Shown here in pieces: positions 9,741 through 21,641 of a stretch of DNA of 64,000 nt. The stretch covers positions 62,001 through 126,000 of the forward strand of contig MEDY01000033.1 in the NCBI GenBank assembly GCA_001724265.1, in the 5' to 3' direction. The translations under genes and the position numbers were made by a program. Within the stretch, counting starts at the first letter, position 1. Every line of letters begins with the position of its first letter. The stretch comes from Rhizaria sp. SCN 62-66. Lineage: Eukaryota. A model generated the notes under the pieces. The model saw nothing but the letters and a program-made list of their open reading frames with translations, made no database searches and was not told the DNA's origin.

Positions 9741-11819
9741 ATGAGTGTCACTACTGTCACCGCACGGCCCGCCCCGTTTTCCTCTTTCTCCACGCACTGT
9801 GAAGCCTTTCTGGCCTGGCTGCGTTCGCTCCGCCGCTTCAGCGCCCAGCATGGCGCGACCGCTCTTCCCGCGAACGCGACCGTGATCGCGGTGCTGCCCA
9901 ACGAGGCCTGCGACCTGGACTCAGTCATTACCAGTATCGCGTACGCCTTTGCGCTGCACTGCGCCTACAACGGCACCACAGCTGCGACAGCCGAGCACGC
10001 GAGCGCATCGTCCATCGCCGCACTGCGTCCCGTCAAGCTCACCCCTGCATCGTCGCTGCACAGTGATGTCGCAAGCGGCGCCCCGCGCAGCGTGATCGTG
10101 ATGCCCGTGCTGCCCATCGCGCCGGAAGATCTAGCGCTGCGCGGGGACTCGCTGTGGGCGCTGCGCCGCGTGTTGGCCACCTACCACGCCGCCGCCTCTA
10201 ACGCTGCTAGCACGGCCGCCGCCAACACTGCCAGCACGGCCGCCGTTGTCGCTGACACTGATACGACTGACTGCGGAGATACTACTGATGATGATATGGG
10301 GGTTGTGTTGACCCCTGAGCTCCAGTTCCCGTTTCTGTACGTTCCAGCCCCCACTAATAGCTCGAGCAACGTTGTTACTGGAAGTGGCAACTCTTCGGCG
10401 AGTTGTGGATCCAGCAGTCGCAGCCCAATGTACGTTAACTGGCCACTCTGGGCTGCCTCGGCTCAGAGTGTTGACGCCAGTGGCGAGACGCCTGAGTCTC
10501 CAGCCGCCATGTTCCGCGTGTGTTTGACTGATCATAATCGCCCCACTGTCGCGCCGTTCACTTCGCTTCCATCCCACGCAGTTCTCAGCGTGATTGACCA
10601 CCATTTAGACGAGGGCATGTGGCCGCTTAGCCATGTAAGGGCCATCTCGACTGCAGGCAGTGCGAGCTCAGTGCTTGTCAGCACCATTGCGCAGCAGCTG
10701 CGTGTGAATGCGTATGATAGCGCTCTAAGTACCCCCTTAGATCTCGGCGACGCCTCTGGGATGAGTGCTGAGTCCGCGGTCATCAAGTCACTTTTCCCCT
10801 GTCTTTATCCCACAGCATCGGCTAGCAACGCCGCTGCTGGCGTCGCGACCAACGGAGACCTGCTCGACATCTCCCTTGCTCTCGGCGACGTCCTCGCCGC
10901 CGCTATCATCACGGACACGATTAACCTCAGCGTCTCCGCCGGTAAGGTGACCGTTGGCGACTGTGTCGCTCTGAGCTTGCTCGGCCTGCCGCAGTGGCCC
11001 CTGTTCACCTACCCTGCCGCTATCCCTGACAGTATCACAAACACAGATACCGCCATAAGCAGCTTGAGTCCTATTGTTGTTAACGGTGAGGGTGATGCCG
11101 TGCTCGCTGGTGCTGCTTCTTTGGACATCTTTGCTGCTGCAACAGTCGCTGCCACCGCTTCTGCCTCTTCCTCTACCAACGCATCTGCGTGCACTGATGC
11201 AAGCTCTGCCTGTGCCGGTGTTGCAGGCATTGGCGTCAATGTGAGCCTCCTCAGCGACATGAAGAACGGCAACGAGTACGACTGGCAGGGCGTGCGCGTC
11301 GGCGCTGCGTCGCAGGCCCTCGCACAGTCGCTCGCTTCCCTTAGTAGCAACAGCTGTTGCAACAACAGCAACGCGAGCGGCTCGAGCGCTCACGCAAACG
11401 ATCGTTGCAGCGCTGCGATTGCGAGTGCGAATGCGCTGTGGAGCGAGATATCTGCGTTGGGCTCCCCGATGGCCCCATTTATGTCGCCCTCGAACAATTC
11501 GAACAAGGCAAGTAGCATCTCCGCGTCTGCAGCCGCGTCTCCTAAGGCCCCACTGTCTTCAGTCAAGCCGCCTGGGTCCGTGGCGCTAACGCCCATCTCG
11601 CCGTTGCAGCCGAGTTCTGGTGCACAGCAGCTGTCCGCGTCAACTCCAACATCTGCAGTTCTCGCTGCGCCGAGCGCGCCCCCGGTCGTGGTGAAGGAGA
11701 GCGCGCGCGACGCGATGTTTAACTGGATTCAGCAACGGCGGCGCGACACGAGCCACTTGACGGTCGAACAGCTGTTGCGGCTCGACTTAAAGTGGGTTCG
11801 CGCTGCAATCACAAAGTGA
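9741..11819 (+). CDS. PRUNE/PPX1-like DHH-family exopolyphosphatase; C-terminal DHHA2 domain apparently missing
   Basis: Motifs NEACDLDS, LTDHN, VIDHH, GSASS, AIITDTINL and LLRLDLK occur in PRUNE order. TGA follows 8 codons after LDLK. Confidence 0.8.
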   Translation: MSVTTVTARPAPFSSFSTHCEAFLAWLRSLRRFSAQHGATALPANATVIAVLPNEACDLDSVITSIAYAFALHCAYNGTTAATAEHASASSIAALRPVKLTPASSLHSDVASGAPRSVIVMPVLPIAPEDLALRGDSLWALRRVLATYHAAASNAASTAAANTASTAAVVADTDTTDCGDTTDDDMGVVLTPELQFPFLYVPAPTNSSSNVVTGSGNSSASCGSSSRSPMYVNWPLWAASAQSVDASGETPESPAAMFRVCLTDHNRPTVAPFTSLPSHAVLSVIDHHLDEGMWPLSHVRAISTAGSASSVLVSTIAQQLRVNAYDSALSTPLDLGDASGMSAESAVIKSLFPCLYPTASASNAAAGVATNGDLLDISLALGDVLAAAIITDTINLSVSAGKVTVGDCVALSLLGLPQWPLFTYPAAIPDSITNTDTAISSLSPIVVNGEGDAVLAGAASLDIFAAATVAATASASSSTNASACTDASSACAGVAGIGVNVSLLSDMKNGNEYDWQGVRVGAASQALAQSLASLSSNSCCNNSNASGSSAHANDRCSAAIASANALWSEISALGSPMAPFMSPSNNSNKASSISASAAASPKAPLSSVKPPGSVALTPISPLQPSSGAQQLSASTPTSAVLAAPSAPPVVVKESARDAMFNWIQQRRRDTSHLTVEQLLRLDLKWVRAAITK

Positions 11820-12645
11820 TGCTGATTACGGCAAGTATCACGCTAGAACGAGCTGTTGTCGTCACTTGCTGCGTACGCGATCTCTTTTGTTCCTCGACGA
11901 GCCTTCTTGTTCTCACATATTCTCTTGATATATATCGTGTAAACAAAACCAACCGTGTATTTGCTAAATTCAACTTATTTAAAATGTTATTCTCAGATAT
12001 ATTATTTAATTTCATCGTTATCTACCCTGCATTTCAGTGTGGGAAAGTACAGTCGAGTCGAACTGCTTTCTCCTCTGGCCGTCATACAAACTCTCTCCGC
12101 CAATAGATATTAAACGCTTCTCATCACATTAATTCTCACTTAGCAAGCGAGTTAACCATGTTAACTAACTGGCAACCAAATTCCAGCTCAGTTTGTCACT
12201 GGTTCACGACTGGACAGTGTCTGGAAGAGCGAAGATCGAATTCTTGACGCAGTTTCGTTGGAGCCGTTGGATTTGGACGTGCCCCATCGCGGCCGCAAGT
12301 ATCAACCTTAGTCGGATTGAGCATGGCATTTTAATATGTCGATAAATGACAACTGTTAATCATTGTATTGGCGTGCAAACTTAGTATGTTCTTTAACACT
12401 AGCGGCTGATTTACGTCACTAAATTATGCTGCTTCAACTTGCAAATCAGCTTTGATATCTATCTTCCGATCCTACCTCCTATGAGGCGACCCTTTCCCTA
12501 CGACGCTCACAAAACTTCGTCATTTGCACCGCTTTTACAGCCCTCCTTTTCTAAACCAACACAATATCTGTTTGTGTGCTAGATTTGAGTATCTGTTTCT
12601 CTTGTTGCTGTTTTTACAGCCCTTTATCCAACCTTTCGGCTCCTT

Positions 12646-15600
12646 ATGGGAGGCAACGTCTCCTCATGCGGTTGCTCACAAACCAAAGTACGTCATCCCC
12701 TCACCACCCTAGCGTGTCCTAACATCATGCAGTCATCACATATGATGCTGAATCATGGAAATATTGAGCTTGTCAACAATCTACTGATGACTAAAATTCA
12801 CTATGCATTATTTACCCACCGATTTCTCCTCTTTGCTACAGCATGACATGATTGGCGTAACGCTGGCGTATGGCATTCGCGCCAGCTTCCAAGCTTACCC
12901 AGACCTCGCGCGATACGCTGTCTCTCGTGGTGAACGCAATGCTGTTGCCCGGCGCGCTCTTGAACTTGATCTCTAGCCAGGTGAAGCTGATCTCCCAGAA
13001 GGATTCGAGGATTTCAACGCTAATCAAGACTCCGCACAATCGTCATTCGGCACGACAACAGGAGCCGCCACAGGAGCAGCGCAAGGTGCAGGAGCAACGC
13101 CAGGAGCGAGAACAGTCGCGAGTCCTGTCGCCCCCGGTGGCGCAGCATCTCCGGTTGGTCTCTCTTCTCGCGGCGGCACAAAGCAGGGTTCCGGCGGCGC
13201 GGCTGCCGCGCTGTCTGTCGCTGCGACCGCAGGCAGCGGCAGCCACAGCCGCAGCGGCGGCGACAGCCAGGGTGAGGGCGACGACGTTGACGATGACGGC
13301 GATCGGCTGACCGAGGACTCGCTTTCGACGGTGCTTGTGCACACGCGCGATGGGCTCGACTACAGCGTATTTTCCCAGGACCACGACCACAACGACGACG
13401 ACGAAGACGAGGACGAGGATTACGACGATTACTACGACGATGATGACTACGATACCGATGCAAACGACGTTGTTGTGACCAGCACTGTTCCTGCGAACGC
13501 TGCTGGCAACGCCAGCGCTGACACTGCCGCTGGTGCTACAGGCGCCGGGACGGGTGATGCGGTTGGGGCGAGCACAAACAGCGCTGTCTCTGGTGCGACC
13601 AGTCCCGCCGTGTCCGAGCCCGCTGCGCGCACGCACCGCGCCCCGTCGATCTCGAAGAAGCAGCGCTCGTCGTTGGCGCTGCTGCAGCAGTCGCTGCCGC
13701 AGTCGCAGACGGCCTCACAGTCACAATCGCGGTCTCAGTCGCACCAGCCCTCGCCGTCGCCGCCCAAGACGCGGCCCTCGCAGCAGCAACAGCAAGTCGA
13801 CGAGCAGCAGTAGCAGGGCGACGACAAGCAGCAGATGCGCTCGCGCTCGCACTCGCGGTCACGGTCGCGCTCGCAGTCCGGCTCCGGCGTGACGCTCGCC
13901 GCGATGGGATCTGAGTCCGACGCCGCCGCTGGCGCTGCCAAGGACGGAAAGACGCGGACGCGGACCCGCTCTCGCGGCGACAGCATAGCGCGCCGCAACA
14001 GCGCCAGCCGTAGGTCGTCCACTGACGGCGACCGGGACATTGCCCGCGGCAGCGACGCCGGCCGGGAGCCAGACACCGCTGCGATCTTGGTCGACGAGAC
14101 CGAGGCTGCCGCGGAGGCCGCCGCTGTTGCTCGCCTTGCACTGGTGCCTGAAGAGGATGATTTCCTCAATAACAACAGCAACACTCATCACGATAACAGT
14201 AACAGTGATAACGCTACCGCGCAGAACACACGAGCTGACGACAGTAAAAAGGTCAGCACTAACGGCGATGCTGATAGCTGTGGCGATGATATCACAGCTT
14301 CTGCTGCTATGAACGCAAGTGCATCTAAGCCCACGGTCACGTTCTCGACCCCTTCTAAGGATTCGAAGCACCACCAGCAATCTCAGTCAGAGCACGTGTC
14401 CCCGCCGCACAAGTCTGGCGAGAGACGCAACCCTAAAGGGGTTCGCGTTAGCGCCTTGGACGAAGGCACGTTTATCCACATCACGACCGATGAGCCTAAC
14501 ACGTCGAAAACGACCACTGTCACCTTCACCAACAACAACAGCAACAGTAATAGTGTTACCGCCGATACCAACACCAACACTCTGTCGCCGCGCACAAGAG
14601 CTCGCACACTGGCTAACAGCTCTGCCGCTAACAGCAACAATAACAGCAGCGGCGGCAACGCGATGCAGACGGTCCCCAGTGCGCTGCTCGACGTTGACGA
14701 GCTCTTCGCGGACGCCGGTGCGCACACGCGCTTTCCGATCGAGTCCCTCTCCGTTACGCCGGTTGAGCTCGTCGTGCCGTCGCCGGACGACAGCGACAGC
14801 GGTGCCGGCGTGGGCTCAAAAACGACCGCGGACGCCGTTGGCAGCAACTCGAACCAGACCCCACACTTCGTCGGCGGCGCTAAGAAGTCCGCTCCGCCAG
14901 TAGACAGCAAGGACGTCGAGCTAGAGGTCGAAATGGTGCCCATGACGCGGCCTCCAGCGACCGGCGCCAAGCCTGCGAGGCCGATCACCAGCGGTAAGCA
15001 GAAGCAGCTTGTCGCTGTCGAGCGGCGCGCCCATACCACGGAGGTGTTGAGTTACCGCGGCGTGCTGAAGTCCTACGCGCCGCGGCTTATGCAGCGTATC
15101 CGCGGCCTCGAGGGCATCGCCGAGGCTGAGTACCGTCGGGCCCTGAGCGGCGATCCGGCCCCGTACATCTCGCTCAAGACAAACTCGCGGTCCGGAGAGC
15201 TCTTTTTTCTCACGGCGGATCGCAAGTACATCCTTAAGACGATCTCCGCGAGCGAGACGCGGCTGATGCTTCGGTACATCCTGGCGTACTACTTGCACCT
15301 GCGCACGTTTCCTTACTCGCTAGTGAACCGCGTCGTCGGCATGTACAAGCTCACGGTGCGGCATGACCGCAAGCAGTGTTGCGGTTACTCGCCCACCGAC
15401 GCCGCGGCCACGGCGGCCGAGCCGGGCAACGTCCGCGGCGGCCGCGGCAACGGCGCAGCGAGCAAGGCGCACTACATCGAGTGCTGCAACTGCTGCTGCG
15501 CGCAGTGCGGCGGCTGCGCGGGCGGGGGCTCGCGCAGTTCGCGCACGACTGTGTACCGCGTGATCGTGCTTAAGATGGCCTACCCGTCCGAGTGCAAGCT

Positions 15601-16837
15601 GAGTCTGCAGTTCGATCTCAAGGGCTCCACCGACAGGCGATTCGTACGTGCGACGAACCGAATTATAGCTATTTTCGTTCGTCCTTTATTAATATGTCAT
15701 GGATCTATTATTTGCTCATTTCTAACTGCTTTCCACTTGTTCATGTTTTTGTTTTAGGCATCCGCGAAAGAGCGTCTCAAGGCACTTCCGTGCTACAAAG
15801 ATCTCGACTTCGCCACCTGGGCGCATCGTGGTCTGTTCCCGATTCCCAACTACTCCATCCCGCGCCACATTAGCGCCCACAACAGCCACAGCAACGGCCA
15901 CACGCTCAGCCCGAGCGCCTCCCCGCTTCCTGCGCTCACCCACACTGCAGCCAACGCTAACGGCAACAGCTTCGCACAAACCGCGCCTGCCTTGGCAAAG
16001 CCAACCTCCGACGCTGCCGCGGTTGACGATGCCAACGGAGCGGCGACTGCTGTTGCGGTGACCGAGAGCGCGCTTTCTCCGGTCTCGCTTTCGTTAGTTC
16101 CTCCCAGCCCCCTGGTCCCGTTGTCCTCAGCCATCACGACCGCCGCCGGCACCGGTGCGGCAGCGGGCGCGCGCCAGCGCCGCCGCCGCAACTCGTCGAT
16201 CGCGCAGCCGCCGTCACACGCGGTGCCGCCGCTGCTGCCAGTGCCGCCCGCGCTGCCACTGCGCAAGCTCGTCAAGGCGCGGCGCGTGTGGGGACTGTCC
16301 GTCGCCGCCGCTATTGCGCGCGCGGCCGCGCTGCCCGGCCACCAGAGCGGCGGAGGTGCAATTACGTGCGCGTTGGCTGCGCGGCCGGAGGGCATCGTAC
16401 CGCATTTGACTCGTGAAGGCACGCTGTCGCGTGAGTACATCGCGTTCCTGTCGCTTTACTGCCCGCCGTACGTGTGGCCGGCGTCGCTGCTGTGGGCGCC
16501 CCCGGCCAATGGTAACGGCAACAACGGCGCTGGCGGCAGCAGCCCCACGCCCGCGGCCGCAAGACGGCTTGAGCTGGCCGTGCCCGCCGTTGTTGCAGCG
16601 TCTGCGGAGACCGAGTCCGTCGGCCCCAGGGACAACGGCGCTACGACCGGCGCTGATGACAGTACTGTGCGGGCCGGAGTGGGCTCCGGACTCGTGTCGT
16701 CGTCTGCTGTCGCGGCCGCGGTCGCTGTTGCGGCGGCCGCTGCCGCAGCTGAGCCCGAGTCTATTGCGCCTGAGAACGCAAGCAAAACCAGTAAGCCAGA
16801 TGCTGTTCCGACCAACACGACCTCAAAGCGCGGCGCG

Positions 16838-16872
<35 letters not shown>

Positions 16873-18728
16873 TGATGCTGCTGCTGACGGGAGCAACAGC
16901 AAGAGTGACAACAGTCGTGAGGCCACTGAAGAGTACAACTCGAACGAGCCTGCTGTCCCTGCGACCGCAGCTCAGGCCAACACGAATCAGACTGTCGCTG
17001 TCACAGTGACCACTGCGACCTTGCCTTCTGCCAACAGCAATAACAACAGCAATAACGCCTCGGTGGCTGCCGCCGCTGCAGCCGCTGCAGCTGCGGCTGC
17101 GGCGGCCAAGAGCAAGAAGGAGGACCGTCCGGGCACAGTGTATCGCACCACCGGCCTCGGTCCGCTCCCGCCCCCCAGCCAGGTACGATCAGAATCGCCG
17201 TTCTAACAAATCACTGATTATACACGTTATGGAATGCTACAAGTAATCTCAATCCTTTTATATGACCTCACTCTTCTTTATTGATATTCGCATGTGTTGT
17301 TCATTCTCTGTTCAGGCGCTGTACCGCGGCGGCATGAAGCTCATCGACGCGCCCCCGAACTTCCGCATCTACCTCGGCCCCGCCACGGCGGCCGTGATCC
17401 TGAAGCAGCTTGCGCGCGACGTCGAGCTTTTCCGACTGATGCGCGCGATGGACTACTCGCTGCTCGTGTGCATCGCGCGCGTGGAAGACGTACCCTCGTT
17501 TCCCGCCGCCAACACCGCTACCACCTTGCCATATGTCACCAATTCACTGCCTGGATCGGCCGCTGGGACGCGCGCTGGCACTGCTTCTGCTGTGAACAAC
17601 CAGAACAATCAGGGTAGCACGAACACGATCGGCAATTCGAGAGCGAACCACACCGCTAGTCGTGGAGCGACTGCCGAGAACGGCGTCATTGCGAGCGCGA
17701 GCGGCGTGCGCCTGGAGCTCATCAGCTCCACCTCGAACGCAAACACGAACATCAACGTAGGTGCCATGAGCAATAGCAATGCTGTCGACAGTGGCAAGAC
17801 CTCGAAGAAGCCACAGCAGCAGCAAGAGGAAGAGGAGGAGGAAGACATTGCGGTTGACAGCGACTATGCGGTCACGACCCCCGATGCTGATAACAACAAC
17901 ACCGCTGCGAAGAACGCTAATGGTGACAACCTCGACACTGCCAGAGAGGCTCCCCTTTCTGACCTGCGTTTGCACGCGCCCTCCCCCGCCCCGCTCGTTG
18001 CGGCTCATGTTAACGCCAGCAATGACGATGGCGTCACTCTGTCTGTAACTCCGACAACGACGGCCGGCGCAACTCCTGCTGACGGCAATGCTGCGACTGC
18101 GACTATTGCCGTTAATGCCGCTGCTCCTGCCGGCGACTCTCACAACGACGCTGTGAGCATCACCGTCACAAGCCCGGTCAACCCTGACAACAACGCTCCT
18201 GAGATCGTTGATGCCAACATGCCTGGTCGCCCTGCGAGTGTAGATGCGCCTGCTGTCAGCAACAACAGCAACAACAACAATAACTCCAGCTCTCTTACTC
18301 CTGCAGCCGCGCCAACGAACACGAACTCAAACACTCTCGCAGTCGCCGGGACTGTCGGTGCGACGCTGCCCCACGTCCGTTCGCGGTCCTCGATCGCCCA
18401 CTCTGCACACGATAGCGCCGCCAACGGCCACAGCCAGCACAGCAGCCACAGCGAGCAGCCCGCGTCGGCGGATGCGCGCGCGCGGCAGCTGCAGCAGAAG
18501 CGGCGCCGTCGCCTGTTTCGGCCCGATGGCGGCATCCAGTCCGAGGACGGGTCCTGCGTGTACTACCTCTCCATCATTGACTTCCTCAGCGAGTACGGAT
18601 TGCGCAAGAAGGCCGGGCAGTTCTTCAGCGTCGTGTTGCGCTGCGCATCGCTGTCTGAGATCTCGGCTACGGACCCCGACAAGTACGCGCAGCGCTTCCT
18701 CGAGTTCATGCACCAAGCCATCGGCTAA
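12646..18728 (+). CDS. Phosphatidylinositol-phosphate kinase (PIP5K family); join(12646..12687,12842..15643,15758..17182,17316..18728), ~1893 aa, needs two in-frame TAGs read as sense
   Basis: Motifs TLAYGIRASF, KSYAP, SRSGELFFLTADRKYILKTI, FDLKGS, YKDLDF, MDYSLLV, YYLSIIDFL and YAQRF. Three GTACG..AG introns. TAG at 12974-12976 and 13811-13813. Ends TAA. Confidence 0.88.
12974..12976 (+). other. In-frame TAG codon in PIP5K exon 2 (putative sense codon)
   Basis: Context GAT CTC TAG CCA GGT; the frame is open on both sides, 44 codons into the exon. Confidence 0.65.
13811..13813 (+). other. In-frame TAG codon within a Gln run in PIP5K (putative Gln)
   Basis: Context GAG CAG CAG TAG CAG GGC; joins ORFs 13331..13813 and 13835..15757 in frame. 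Confidence 0.8.
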
Positions 18729-19142
18729 CCGATGCTGTTGAAACGGTTTCGCAACGACGCTAGATGATTGGCGGTGACTTATTTCTCTTTTATTCTATCT
18801 TTGTGTTTTGTACACTTTTTATTGAATTCTCATCCTCTCTCTGTTTCATTACGCAAAATGATTTGACGAATAATACTTTGTTTATGTTTACGTCTGCCCC
18901 TCCGGTACATTTCGTTACACAGTTCTCTCTACTAGTCACTAAATTCGTGCGCGTATTATTACATGCACAAATACATACCTTTTTCTTTTTTTACATGAAG
19001 ACGTATGTTGCTCGCTGTCGAGCCATGCAGAAAATAGTCGTATGTCTTTTTGTATTCTAGATAACCTGGTGCGACCGCATCACGACGGAGTGTGACATCG
19101 ACACTTTGGCCACGCATCCACAATTCACTCATCCCATAACTC

Positions 19143-21077
19143 TCAATCCTGCTTCTTCGGTACTTGTCTCTTCACACGGCGCTTCACAAACGCAATTGCC
19201 GTAGGGGTGACAAAGGTGACCGCAATCACTGAGAGGGCGATATAGCACACTAGCACGGCAATCGCAGTGGAGTCACTCGTGTTCATCGTGTCGATCGCAA
19301 GGTTCACAGCACCAGTGAGCAAATTGGTGATCAAAAAGAATGATAACGGCGCGGAGTCGATCGCATTCACAGTCGCTCCAAGACCGGCGCCTCCAGCTTC
19401 CGCCATAGAAACCGTGTTTTCACGAAAGCCACGACTTGCGGCATCATTGCGGCTGCCTAACTTCGACTGGATCCAGCCGGGCACGTCGGCCGCCTCAACC
19501 GCAAGAGCAACTGTGAGCATGAGCGTTGCGAGCGCAATCTGCCACGCGACAAAGGCCGAATTTGCAAGCCTCCGTGAGACGTCTTGTGTTGTGTGCACAA
19601 GCACGGACGTTGCGAGCCAGGCAAGTGCACTGAAGCTGCCGATGATAATCGTGGCAGCAAGCGCGTTAGTCTTTGCAGAAGTCCGTTGTTGACTACAATT
19701 GTTAAGAGCAGCAGCCGCGTACAAAATACGACCAATTGGGACAGAGAGAAGCAAAATGGCAATATAGCCTGGTAACGATGCAATGCCTTCCTTGTTTGCA
19801 GTGAGCAAACCGACGCGTGGCGCGTTAAAGACCCAATCAGTCCCGTCAAAGGGGTTACTCAAACTGCTCGAGGAGAGTCTCAGAGGGTAAACAAGCCAGT
19901 ATTGATGCCCTGCCGTGATAGTGAGGCCAAGCAAAGCGCAGACCCACGCACGCGGGTGCGAGAGTGCCTGGGTGAGAACACGCTTCACGGCGCAACCAAG
20001 CGCTTTCGCGGACTGACAAGCCGTGTCGTTGCAACTGAGTTCAACCTCCTGGCAATACAAAGCAGCATCAAATTGGACGCTGCTTAACGCAGGGAGAAGC
20101 GCGTGCAAGAGCGCCGCGACGCCAAGGACAACGGCCAGCGTGAAAAAGAAGTTCCAGTGGACTCCGTATTCTGACGTGTGTACCTGGTAGTTGACGGAGG
20201 AGTTGCCGGCAATCCGCGCGAATCCGAGCACAGAGAGCAGGCCCGCGCTCTTGACGGCGGAGATTAGGCCGAGTGCAAGCCGGGACCGGAAAGAGGACGA
20301 GTTATTCGAGTCACCCGCAGCATGCTTGTGGTTGTTGTCGTTGTTGTTGGTGGTGGTGAACCCAGAGCGAGCTAATGGAGACACCAGCGCATTGACGACG
20401 ACAAACACGCCAACGCCGACGTCCATAAGTCCCGTGCCAAACGTCTCCGTCTTGGCAAAGCGGCGCGGGAAGGCATTGAAGTCGACGGCGAGGATGGCGA
20501 CGCCGGTGAGCAACAGAGCGCCCGCGCGGAGCCGGGTCGGCGCCAACAGCCTCCGCACGCCGGCGGCCGCGGGGGGCGGGGGGAGGCGCTCCGGGGCGAC
20601 GGGAAGCGCGGTGAGAAGGACCAGCGAGAGCAGAACGAGCCAAGCCTGGAGCGCGAGGAGCGCGGGAATGAAAGCAGGGTGCGTGCAAGCGAGGATGCCG
20701 GTGCCGGCGACTAGGGCGAAGTCGAACGCAGTCGCGAGCGCGGTCAGAAGCTTCCGAAGAGATGCACGAGAGGCAGAGGGATTAAGGTTCGCAAGAAATG
20801 CATTGATAAAAGTGGTAACTGCGTAGGAGAGAATCTGGCTAGTCCAGGTAGTCAGCTGAGAAGGGGGGGGGGGGGGGATTTATCTCTCTCTCTTTCTCTA
20901 AAAGGCCAGATATTAAGACATAGAGAGAACTGAAGAAAGAAAAAAGAACAAAAATCGATACTGCGCAAGACGTACAATAAAGGAAATTGCAACGAGAGTA
21001 ATCTCATGAATGCTTGTGCCGGAGTGGCCCGTCACAAATGCCTACTTGGCAGCCTTGACGGCATTGTTGTGCTGCAT
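19143..21077 (-). CDS. PIGW: GPI inositol acyltransferase PIG-W/GWT1; complement(join(19143..20855,20976..21077)), ~604 aa, one in-frame TAG
   Basis: N-terminus MQHNNAVKAAK*AFVTGHSGTSIHEI; motifs AILAVDFNAFPRRFAKTETFGTGLMDVGVG, SEYGVHWNFFFTL, ANKEGI, VSRRLAN and NLLTGAVN. One GTACGT intron. Ends TGA. Confidence 0.92.
20863..20877. repeat. G15 homopolymer (poly-C polypyrimidine tract of the PIG-W intron on the minus strand)
   Basis: 15 consecutive G, a few nt from the intron acceptor at 20856. Confidence 0.9.
21042..21044 (-). other. In-frame TAG at codon 12 of PIG-W (putative sense codon, Gln or Glu)
   Basis: Context AAG TAG GCA TTT GTG, at the E position of the KE(A/D)FV motif of PIG-W/Gwt1. 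Confidence 0.85.
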
Positions 21078-21641
21078 ACGCCGGTCTGTTAAGATGTTTT
21101 TTGAAGGCAAATGATCGTCAAATACCGTGAGATTTTGATATAATATGGAATAACTAAGTTTTTATATGTTCTGGTAATTATATCGTCGTATGGCATAGTT
21201 TTGTCCCTCTTGACATCTTGAGGTCATGCTGGGTCAAATCTGTTCACTTGCACTGTTTGTCTGTGTTGAGACTTGCACTGTTTGCATGTTTTCCGAGAAA
21301 CCCGATGATTTGTCACTCTGTACTATATGTGAGTGTATAGTTGAATATGACGTGATATCTATCGCGGTGTATATTGCTATAGAGCTATCTGTCGAGACTT
21401 GTTCCGCATCCAGTCCAAGATAACAAGCGTACTAGCTCAGTCCGGGCTTTCCTGAGACAGCGATACAAGGCATTAAGCGATTAGTGGCACTGCATTGTCA
21501 AAGCAACGAACGCAATCATCTTGATTTTAAGTTCAATCTGCGATAAAAACACATCTGATTGCATGGGCAGCTTCAAGAGTGACTTGGGCGATCACGAACG
21601 ATCAGTTCATCACGATGAATCTTGTTATTACCAGTTAGTCT

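Noticed and set aside
15755-15757. TAG ending ORF 13835..15757 (likewise TAGs at 4657-4659 and 59846-59848)
   Set aside because: These are intron 3' acceptor sites preceded by pyrimidine tracts, so they are neither stops nor sense codons and were excluded from the census.
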